Virus record (IMG/VR): IMGVR_UViG_2061766007_000905
DNA length: 64,000 nucleotides
Direction: 5' to 3' (one strand)
Source: an uncultured virus (IMG/VR IMGVR_UViG_2061766007_000905)
Taxonomy: Duplodnaviria; Heunggongvirae; Uroviricota; Caudoviricetes
The notes under the pieces were generated by a model. The model had not been told where the DNA came from. It ran no database searches and worked only from the letters and a program-made list of their open reading frames with translations. Position numbers and translations under genes: made by a program. Shown here piece after piece: positions 56,398 to 64,000 of the stretch. Each line of letters begins with the position of its first letter. The stretch's first letter is position 1.

Positions 56398-56934
56398 ATG
56401 ATGGAAACTGATCATATTTTTAAAAAAGAAATTAACGGTAAAATAAAATGGATTTACCAAAATAATAGCTATAACGGTTTTTATGACCGAGTATTTTCGC
56501 ATGAAACCGAGTTCGATACTTTTTATGATGCGGAGCATTATGCAAGAGTTCATAGCGATAATAAAAAATATAAAGGAACATTTACACGTCTCTATGACAA
56601 AAACGGCAATGTGACATATAAAAAAGAAGATGCCGTATTTGAGATTATTCCGCCGGATTCTAATCGATATTTTTACGTTAGAACGTTTAATGCTGACTTG
56701 GCTAAGGCAATTAAACGTTATGAAAATTCATTTTGGCGAAAACTATTTAAGTTTTTCTTCAAAATCACTGATGAACCTTTGGATTATCCAAAAACCAAAG
56801 TTAAAATGGTTCATAATGGTAACGAAATAACTATTTTCGAAGGCGAGGATTGGGGCAAGGCAGAAAACTATATTAAACAGTTTGTAAAGACCAATCCAAT
56901 TTATGACCTGTCGAATAGTGATATAATTATGTAA
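56398..56934 (+). CDS. Hypothetical protein
   Basis: ORF in operon. Confidence 0.55.
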   Translation: MMETDHIFKKEINGKIKWIYQNNSYNGFYDRVFSHETEFDTFYDAEHYARVHSDNKKYKGTFTRLYDKNGNVTYKKEDAVFEIIPPDSNRYFYVRTFNADLAKAIKRYENSFWRKLFKFFFKITDEPLDYPKTKVKMVHNGNEITIFEGEDWGKAENYIKQFVKTNPIYDLSNSDIIM

Positions 56935-56950
56935 AATAACGGAGTTATAA

Positions 56951-57346
56951 ATGGAATTTCTTAAATGCATGGGCATGTTGGCTGCAGGGTTAATGGTTTT
57001 TACCGTAGCTGGTGGCAGTGCAGATTTACAGCATCATCGTGCTATGGAAACACGAGTCGACAAAAAGATTGAGCGTTCGGAACTTAAACAAACTGGCAAA
57101 GTTCTTGTAGAAATGTATACCGTTATTGACGACGGCATTACAAAACGAACTTTAAAATCACAAATAGTAGTTGATTCTATTTATGATAGGGACGTCGAAA
57201 ATCTTAATATGGCGTTAAAAGACATGACATATAAGACCGTAGTTGAAAGACAGCGTGAAATCGATAATACACAATATATTCCTTTAGACCAGGCTGCAGA
57301 AAAAACAATAGATGACCTGCAGACAATTTTTAGCATAAAACAATAA
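56951..57346 (+). CDS. Secreted/membrane protein, DDG(I/V)T-RQxEID family
   Basis: VIDDGITKRTL..RQREID. Confidence 0.7.
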   Translation: MEFLKCMGMLAAGLMVFTVAGGSADLQHHRAMETRVDKKIERSELKQTGKVLVEMYTVIDDGITKRTLKSQIVVDSIYDRDVENLNMALKDMTYKTVVERQREIDNTQYIPLDQAAEKTIDDLQTIFSIKQ

Positions 57347-57353
57347 GTAAATT

Positions 57354-57947
57354 ATGTCATATAGATATTTAAACGCATTAATTTATGATAAACCAGAAGA
57401 AGATCTTATTCTTGAGCTTAATTCTGTCCGCGACGACTATCATAAGTATATTACAAAGCAAATTAAGCAGCATGCAAAAATTTACATAGATTTTGGCGAT
57501 AAGAAATATAAGCCTGAAGAAGATGAAAGCGGCGCTAAACTTTTGTCAAGAGCGCTTAGGACTATCGAAAAGGGTGCATATGCTGTCGAACGTGGAAATC
57601 CGGTAGATTTTAGCGGGAGTTGCGTCGTATTAAAAAGCTTAGGTAAGATTGTCCTTTGGTTTTTTTCTGGATATCATTTTGACGACTTTAAAAGAGGAAA
57701 TCCTATTCTTAGGCGTCTAAAAGATTATTCGTATATGGACAGCGCCGATATTGAATTTAATAACGAGGCGGAAGAAAAAGATTGGAATGAAAGAGGAGAA
57801 TTCTGGAATTCTCTTTATGAAAAGTATCAGACGGGTATTGCGTCAAGAATGGGTTTAGTATATGAATTCTTTACCCATGACGATATTTGGGATTTCGGCT
57901 GTAAATTAAGCGAAGAATACGAAAAGCAGACTAAAAAGGGAAAATAA
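57354..57947 (+). CDS. Hypothetical protein
   Basis: distant paralog of 46228. Confidence 0.6.
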   Translation: MSYRYLNALIYDKPEEDLILELNSVRDDYHKYITKQIKQHAKIYIDFGDKKYKPEEDESGAKLLSRALRTIEKGAYAVERGNPVDFSGSCVVLKSLGKIVLWFFSGYHFDDFKRGNPILRRLKDYSYMDSADIEFNNEAEEKDWNERGEFWNSLYEKYQTGIASRMGLVYEFFTHDDIWDFGCKLSEEYEKQTKKGK

Positions 57948-57948
57948 T

Positions 57949-58401
57949 ATGAGACGATTGTTTATTATTAGAAAAGATTTGAATCTTCATGCCGGTAAAC
58001 TTGCCGCTATGGTTGGACATTGTGCTGAAGGATATTGGATGAATATTATTCGTAACGATGCAAACACAGAACAGTTCTTCAAGGACGGTATTGTAACTGG
58101 CTACAAGATTTATATCGATAATGATATAGTTACGGATTATATCAACGGTATATTTACAAAAACTATTTGTGAAGCTAAGAATTTGAACCACCTTATGAAA
58201 GTGGTCGATATTGCTAAGGAACTTGGGCTTCATGAAGGTACTGATTATGGCTTTATCGATGACGTCTGTAAGACTGATTTGACGCCAGAATTTACCGATG
58301 AAAATGGTGTCGGCCGTTGCCGTGTCGGTATATGGTTTAAACCATTATCTGATGAAATTAGTCATAAACTTAGTAAAAAATATCAACTATATAAAGGTTA
58401 A
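57949..58401 (+). CDS. Peptidyl-tRNA hydrolase, Pth2 type
   Basis: IIRKDLNLHAGKLAAMVGH..K..IDD..T..G..P. Confidence 0.8.
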   Translation: MRRLFIIRKDLNLHAGKLAAMVGHCAEGYWMNIIRNDANTEQFFKDGIVTGYKIYIDNDIVTDYINGIFTKTICEAKNLNHLMKVVDIAKELGLHEGTDYGFIDDVCKTDLTPEFTDENGVGRCRVGIWFKPLSDEISHKLSKKYQLYKG

Positions 58402-58403
58402 TT

Positions 58404-58943
58404 ATGAGAGAACGTAAAAATATATCAGTTGAAGAATATAAAAACGTATGTAAAAAACTTGGATTAACACTGGAAGAATCCACAGATCCAAAAATTCCAG
58501 GTTTTTTAGGAATATATGCATATGTCTATAGTCCAATTTTTAAATTTGGAAAAGATAGTATTGCAGATTTATTAATTCAGGATGCGCATCAGGATCATCC
58601 ATGGGTTACATATTGCAATAGCGTTGAAAAAGACGATAATTATGGAAATTACATTGCAATCGATAAAGAATTGTCTGGCTGTTGGAATGCGCCATGGGAT
58701 GTAGATGATTTTGAATTGCAATTACGTAGAACGCTTGACAAGATAAAAGAAGTTGAAGAAAAAACTAAATGGCCAAAAAGACAACATATTCAAATTGATG
58801 TCTATTATGACCAAGAACGTGATAATCGATTCTTGCGTCAAGACTTAGATGAAGTCGTGTGGAAATTTTTTGATGATTTAAATGATAAAGTTTCGGTAGC
58901 AGTTCTTAATGCCGCAGGTAAAACATATTATACCAAGGATTAA
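58404..58943 (+). CDS. Hypothetical protein
   Basis: ORF in operon. Confidence 0.6.
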   Translation: MRERKNISVEEYKNVCKKLGLTLEESTDPKIPGFLGIYAYVYSPIFKFGKDSIADLLIQDAHQDHPWVTYCNSVEKDDNYGNYIAIDKELSGCWNAPWDVDDFELQLRRTLDKIKEVEEKTKWPKRQHIQIDVYYDQERDNRFLRQDLDEVVWKFFDDLNDKVSVAVLNAAGKTYYTKD

Positions 58944-58946
58944 TAA

Positions 58947-59198
58947 ATGACTGGCTACGATCCGAAAGACAGTAAAGAAAGACGCGTATTTAAGGCGTTT
59001 TGCTTTTGCAAATCAATGCAAAAGAAAGGACAGGATAAAAACGTAGCGCTACAAGTCGCCAGTAAGTATTATCATGTTCCTGAAGAATCAGTCCGCGAAT
59101 ATGTAGAAGGTGAAGATAACGACGATATTTATTTTATGCTAAATGGCGCCATACCGATTGCAGCAAGTGATATATTTGATCCGGGAGATTTTTGTTAG
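58947..59198 (+). CDS. Hypothetical protein
   Basis: ORF in operon. Confidence 0.55.
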   Translation: MTGYDPKDSKERRVFKAFCFCKSMQKKGQDKNVALQVASKYYHVPEESVREYVEGEDNDDIYFMLNGAIPIAASDIFDPGDFC

Positions 59199-59199
59199 C

Positions 59200-59919
59200 A
59201 TGAAAGTTGGATTAATTGGAAGTAATATCTGGTATAGCAAGTCCAAAGAAATATTTGAATCACAAGGAATAGAATATAAGATTTATGATGTATCTTGTGT
59301 AGAACAAGGACTTGAACTGGCTATAGCCAATAAGTTGGACGGTTTCAACGTAACGAAACCGTTTAAAAAAGATATTGTCAAGTATATGGATTCATTGATG
59401 CCTGAAGCACAACGTATTGGGACTGTGAACTGTGTTAAAATCATAAATGATTGTTTTATCGGCGAAAATTTCGATGGCGAAGCATTCCGAATTTCTTTGG
59501 ATCATTATGTCAGCAATCATGATGATTGGGAATTCGATTATCCGCATCGTATGGCTATTCTTGGGAATGGAGGAGTAGTTCCGGCTATTCTTACCGCACT
59601 TCATGACGCCACCGATTTAACTACTTCTAGTCATGAAATGACAGTATTTGCCCGTAATCCGAAGTGTATAGATGAAAAAAGTATTTCGGAATTCGATGCC
59701 AAGAAATTCGATCTTATCGTCAACACCATTCCTTTCGAAACCGGAATAGATATCAATTTCAATAATAAGAGTAAGTTCATCTATTATGATTTGAATTATG
59801 CTGAACCAAATTTACTTGTTAAAAAGGCTGAAAGGAATAAACACTGTTCCTGGTCAATCAACGGGTTGGATATGCTTGAACGCCAGGCAGAAATGTCGCT
59901 TAAGTGGTGGAAGGAATAA
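59200..59919 (+). CDS. aroE: Shikimate dehydrogenase-like protein, second copy
   Basis: near-identical to 28421 ORF. Confidence 0.8.
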   Translation: MKVGLIGSNIWYSKSKEIFESQGIEYKIYDVSCVEQGLELAIANKLDGFNVTKPFKKDIVKYMDSLMPEAQRIGTVNCVKIINDCFIGENFDGEAFRISLDHYVSNHDDWEFDYPHRMAILGNGGVVPAILTALHDATDLTTSSHEMTVFARNPKCIDEKSISEFDAKKFDLIVNTIPFETGIDINFNNKSKFIYYDLNYAEPNLLVKKAERNKHCSWSINGLDMLERQAEMSLKWWKE

Positions 59920-60176
59920 TGGCTAATACAAAAGAAAAATATTTTAATATCGATACTGATGAAGTTGTATGTCCATATTGTGGTGCTGAAGTAATGGATT
60001 CATGGGAATTGCCTGATTGTGATGATATTGAATGCTGGGAATGTGGAAAGAAGTTTCATTATGAAAGAGAAGTAACTGTAACTTATTGGTCACATAGAAT
60101 TAAAGAAGATGGTAAAGTCGATTATTATGACGATTTAATTAAGGAAGAACAAGAGAAAAATAAAGCGGGTATTTAG
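59919..60176 (+). CDS. Zn-ribbon protein
   Basis: CPYCG..CWECG. Confidence 0.65.
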   Translation: MANTKEKYFNIDTDEVVCPYCGAEVMDSWELPDCDDIECWECGKKFHYEREVTVTYWSHRIKEDGKVDYYDDLIKEEQEKNKAGI

Positions 60177-60187
60177 CCCGCTTTTTA

Positions 60188-61117
60188 TTATTCGAATTTT
60201 ATATCGTAAGTCGCATCTTCTACTTCTTCAATAGTTAGCTTTTTATTGAATAACTGTTTTAATTTTTCCATTAAACCTTTAGCTTCTTCCCTAGATAATG
60301 GGCTTGTATTTATGTTTAATGTAATCGTATTAGCTTCTTCTATTGGAGTAGAAAGAATAAATGCTGCATCATATTCTTGTGTAAAGAACTTTATACCATA
60401 ATCTCTAATAGTCTTATTTTTCCATGCTTCATCACGGCCAGGCATACAGTCATACCCGATATGCGTCGCGATAAATGATGATTTGCCAGCCTTGGCATTA
60501 GAATAGATTGTATAGAATTCATTATCTCCGTGCGGCGTGGACAGTAATATTACTTGCGAATTAACGCTGGCACTGACTGTTGGGAATACGGACTTCATAA
60601 ATTGGTCGAGCGATTTTTCTTTACAGTATGCAAATTCGTCAAAAACAATTAAGTCTATATGCTTGCCTAGAACTGCACTGCTTGAAAACGGCGCATTAAA
60701 GATATATGAACCGTTTTCGAATTCGATGCGTCCGTGTTTGCTTTTGGTAATTTTGACTTTAAGAAAATCCGGAAGATGTTCATATAATTCCATTACTTTT
60801 TCAAGTATAGATCTAGACTGGAGTTCTGTATTTGCAAGAATCGCGATAGTTCTTTGCTCGTTGAATAACGCGAACCACAAAAGATATATTATGGCAATAG
60901 TCGTTTTTCCACATTGCCTAGGAGCTACCACAACATGGTTATGCTTCATTTCTTTTCTATTAATCCAGCTCTTGGCAAACTTACGTAAAAGCTTTGCTTG
61001 AAACTGGTAAGGCCGAAATTCAGTAAAACCATCAGCGGTAAGTATTTCGATATATTGTATAAATTTGTTGATGTTTTTAGCACACGCTTTACGTATGCTT
61101 GATTGTTTGATATTCAT
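60188..61117 (-). CDS. Terminase large subunit ATPase-domain-only paralog
   Basis: YQFQ, PRQCGKTT, FDEFAY, LSTPHG, FTQEY; no nuclease domain. Confidence 0.8.
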   Translation of the reverse strand: MNIKQSSIRKACAKNINKFIQYIEILTADGFTEFRPYQFQAKLLRKFAKSWINRKEMKHNHVVVAPRQCGKTTIAIIYLLWFALFNEQRTIAILANTELQSRSILEKVMELYEHLPDFLKVKITKSKHGRIEFENGSYIFNAPFSSSAVLGKHIDLIVFDEFAYCKEKSLDQFMKSVFPTVSASVNSQVILLSTPHGDNEFYTIYSNAKAGKSSFIATHIGYDCMPGRDEAWKNKTIRDYGIKFFTQEYDAAFILSTPIEEANTITLNINTSPLSREEAKGLMEKLKQLFNKKLTIEEVEDATYDIKFE

Positions 61118-61341
61118 TTTTCACCTTAATTTTTTAATATTAACCTTCGGATAATCCATACCAAGTTAGATATATCAGTTTCCTCCGCTATGGGTTTTTA
61201 ATGGCTAACCCTTCCGCCTATATGGCGTACGGCATATTCAGTTTGAACTATGCTTTTGAAAACCTTTAATATATATGGTTTAAGTATTGACGAATATGGA
61301 AATTTTTACTATATTGTATTTACCAACTAAAGGAGTATCAA

Positions 61342-61947
61342 ATGGCAGAAATTTCTATCGTAGCATTTGTAATCAGCATTGTTATTACATTGCTTTATTA
61401 TTTCGGTATTAAGTTTCTTTATACATATCGCCTAAAGTCAACATTTATCATCGGCTTTCTTGTTTTCATTTCTATTGTCGGATATAATTTTTATAAGAAT
61501 TATCAAGAAGAAAAAAATGTAGAATCCGTATTGAATGAAGTAACTACGGAAATTAGCCATATTAACAAGAGTATGATGGCCGATGACGATTTCCATCATT
61601 TCGTCGAAACATTTATTCCTAAAAAGGACGGCGTAAAATTCAATGTCGTTCCAAGAATTGATACAGCAATCCTTAAGGTCAATAAGGTTTATCAAAGCGT
61701 ATTGAATGACCCTGACTATAAGATATTGATTACCAGTGCGAACGATTCAAAGTCACATTCTAAGAACTCGGCACATTATCGTGGTGAAGCAGTCGATGTT
61801 AGAATTAACAATATTAATCCAAAGTTAAAAAATGAAATTGTGCAAATGGTAAATGACGTATTGGGTTCGGACTTTTTTGTCCTACATGAAGATAAGGACA
61901 AGCCGAATGAGCATTTGCATGTACAGTTGAGGAATAAGAAAAGCTAA
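61342..61947 (+). CDS. Membrane-anchored M15-like (LAS) Zn peptidase
   Basis: two N-terminal TM; ITS..SAHYRGEAVD..HLHV. Confidence 0.75.
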   Translation: MAEISIVAFVISIVITLLYYFGIKFLYTYRLKSTFIIGFLVFISIVGYNFYKNYQEEKNVESVLNEVTTEISHINKSMMADDDFHHFVETFIPKKDGVKFNVVPRIDTAILKVNKVYQSVLNDPDYKILITSANDSKSHSKNSAHYRGEAVDVRINNINPKLKNEIVQMVNDVLGSDFFVLHEDKDKPNEHLHVQLRNKKS

Positions 61948-62181
61948 TGACGTTTGAAGAGTTATATAATAAATTGACATATATCAGATGGCTTGGCGAA
62001 GTTAAGCCAGATGCTGAAGTGTATTTAACCACTCATGAACATTTTGAACCGCATCATGTTCAATTACGCACAGTGACAACGATATCAAAAAATAAAATCG
62101 ACTTGATGGGTGTCGGCGAAATGTAAAAGGGATTGACAAAAGTCAATCCTTTTCCTATATTATTGATATCAAAGGTCGGAT

Positions 62182-62676
62182 ATGAAAAAAATTTTTTATT
62201 CTGGAACATATCGAGTTCAGCATCGTCTTATTACGGAAGAAAACGTCAAAGCCATGTTAAAAGATGATCTTCGTTCTATGCTCGTTGACAATATTGATGA
62301 TGTCATTTATGCAAGTGAAGGCATAATAACGAAAAATCCCAATGTAACATATGTTGGTGGTTTTTATTATGAAAAAGGCGAAGGCGCAACTGTGACGGAA
62401 AAAGTTGTCAATGCGGAACTTAGCCAGATTGAACGTGCTGATTTTGTAATTGTTAACCTTCTTGGCCATGCAGCTATTGGAAGCCTTGCTGAAATTATGT
62501 ATGCGGCATCCATTAATAAGCCGATGGTTATTTTTGTCAAAAACGACAATAAGTTGTTTGACGTAACCGGGGAATATTGGTTTCCGTTATTAACGCTTAA
62601 CAAAATGAATGTCGAATATATTTTGAAGAAAGTGGACAGCGAGCAAGAAATTATCGATTATATTATGAATCTCTAA
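62182..62676 (+). CDS. Nucleoside 2-deoxyribosyltransferase-like protein
   Basis: IFYSG..IERADFVI..GSLAEIMYA..KP. Confidence 0.7.
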   Translation: MKKIFYSGTYRVQHRLITEENVKAMLKDDLRSMLVDNIDDVIYASEGIITKNPNVTYVGGFYYEKGEGATVTEKVVNAELSQIERADFVIVNLLGHAAIGSLAEIMYAASINKPMVIFVKNDNKLFDVTGEYWFPLLTLNKMNVEYILKKVDSEQEIIDYIMNL

Positions 62677-62690
62677 TAAAAGGAATAACG

Positions 62691-63119
62691 ATGAATATCA
62701 TTATCGAAGGCACAGACGGATGCGGTAAGACAACTACAATCGAAGCGTTGAAGACAATGTTTCCAAAGGCGAACTTCTCCGACCGTAACCACGACACTAT
62801 CTGCAAATATATGTTGAAAGACGTCGACATGAAGACCCGTATTGACGCATATCAGGCTTTTTTAAAGGCAAATGATGTCAAGGTAGTATTCTTAATTAAC
62901 AATGACGGCGAAGAGCTCCTAAGGCGTATTAAAACACGAAATAAGCCTATTTCGGATTTCGATTTGGAAGCGCCGCTTTATAATACGTTATACCGTGATA
63001 CGTATGTTATCATGAAGGTCAATAATATGACGGAAGGAAAGCTGTTTATGGTTGACGTGACGGGTCTTTCTTTGTCTGAGCAGATTGACAAGGTAAAGAA
63101 AACGATTGAAACTTTTTAA
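62691..63119 (+). CDS. dNMP/thymidylate kinase-like P-loop protein
   Basis: IIEGTDGCGKTT, SDR, LLRRI..R. Confidence 0.7.
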   Translation: MNIIIEGTDGCGKTTTIEALKTMFPKANFSDRNHDTICKYMLKDVDMKTRIDAYQAFLKANDVKVVFLINNDGEELLRRIKTRNKPISDFDLEAPLYNTLYRDTYVIMKVNNMTEGKLFMVDVTGLSLSEQIDKVKKTIETF

Positions 63120-63204
63120 TGATATAGAATTTCTTTTACATTGTTCAGGGTTTACAGCTCTGAACCTTTTTTCTATATTAAAGATGTAAACGAGAGGTTT
63201 AAGA

Positions 63205-63756
63205 ATGGAATTAGTGACCGGTAATATTGTTAATACTGAACGTAAGTTCATCATCCGTCCGAATTCTAATAACTATTGGCTATATCGTGATTGGATTCAT
63301 CATCTTGGCGACGCTAAAGAAGACTATTGGATTGAACAGTTCTATATCGGTGACATCAAATACCGTTGTATTACGGTAGAAGAATCAAGTGGCTCTTTCT
63401 TTGATGACGGTGAAACCGAAACAAAGGTTGTTGGTTACACCAAGAATGTCAAGAACGGTAATATAACCAATGTAATGGAAATCAGCGAACAGGAATATAA
63501 TGAAGCTTATAAGTATGCAGACTGTATCGTTTCTTATAAGAATCGTATGAGCTATGTGACAACCATGAACGGGAATGAATTCCATATAGATGATGATTAT
63601 TATACTACGACTGGTGAAACAATTATTGAAGTATCTGGCGAACATCTGGAAGAATTCAATCCGCCGGAAATTTTCGAAGAAGTGACAGGCAATCCATATT
63701 ATTCTGCTAAAGCAATTTATGACCGTCTTGTTGAATTCGTAAAACGAAACCGCTAA
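63205..63756 (+). CDS. CYTH-like domain protein
   Basis: TERKF, IEQFY, KNR, IIEV, EEVTGNPYYS. Confidence 0.65.
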   Translation: MELVTGNIVNTERKFIIRPNSNNYWLYRDWIHHLGDAKEDYWIEQFYIGDIKYRCITVEESSGSFFDDGETETKVVGYTKNVKNGNITNVMEISEQEYNEAYKYADCIVSYKNRMSYVTTMNGNEFHIDDDYYTTTGETIIEVSGEHLEEFNPPEIFEEVTGNPYYSAKAIYDRLVEFVKRNR

Positions 63757-63789
63757 ATTAACTATACAACCATTAACAAAGGATAATAA

Positions 63790-63965
63790 ATGATTGAAAT
63801 CACCGCAACAATCTTCGGTCTGCTTCAAGGCATGCTTGTCATGCTTAATAAGCGTTGTAACTGGATTTTTTATGTAATCCAGATGGTATTGATGATAGTC
63901 TTTTCTGCACAAAATCATCTTTATGGCGACGTAGTGAACAGCTCTGTTTATATCGTCATCGGCAT
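63790..63965 (+). CDS. pnuC: PnuC-like nicotinamide riboside transporter, partial
   Basis: MIEITATIFGLLQGMLVMLNKRCNWIF..LYGD. Confidence 0.65.
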
Positions 63966-64000
63966 NNNNNNNNNNCAACTGGATTTTTTATGTAATCCAG

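Noticed and set aside
61140..61265. Hairpin-rich region upstream of terminase-like gene
   Set aside because: Short hairpins only, single copy, no recognisable motif.
1..64000. Stop-codon reassignment
   Set aside because: Genes are intact in code 11, TAG and TGA end real ORFs, and no suppressor anticodon was seen.
1..64000. CRISPR array or tmRNA
   Set aside because: No regularly spaced direct repeats; Ala-acceptor RNAs are too short and lack a tag ORF.

Overview
AT-rich segment of a large T4-like (probably jumbo) tailed phage from a gapped metagenomic scaffold; many N gaps are flanked by near-duplicate sequence, so strain variants are probably co-assembled. Phage evidence: sigma70-type early promoters, TATAAATA late promoters, terminase- and capsid-like paralogs, and about 40 tRNA or tRNA-like genes in several clusters interleaved with free-standing homing endonucleases. 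Accessory genes include CoaD x2, CoaE, AroE-like x2, Mesh1-like HD hydrolases, Pth2, EF-Ts N-domain proteins, a DNA methyltransferase, phosphoesterases and PnuC. Main candidate new systems: (1) leader-peptide/terminator attenuators directly upstream of tRNA clusters, with leader codons matching the downstream anticodons (Asn; Asn/Thr/Pro/Met; Asp/Arg/Lys/His; Leu/Ser/Trp); (2) an 8-copy modular ncRNA with a conserved bulged helix and GTTCCTAT motif carrying tRNA mimics; (3) a radical SAM enzyme next to a YxGCG-repeat peptide and a putative virion protein with the same Cys motif; (4) rearranged tRNAs (anticodon arm inside the D-loop, triple T-arm RNA, long variable arms) and a group I intron in tRNA-Asn. 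All calls were made by eye with no database searches; RNA ends are approximate to a few nt.
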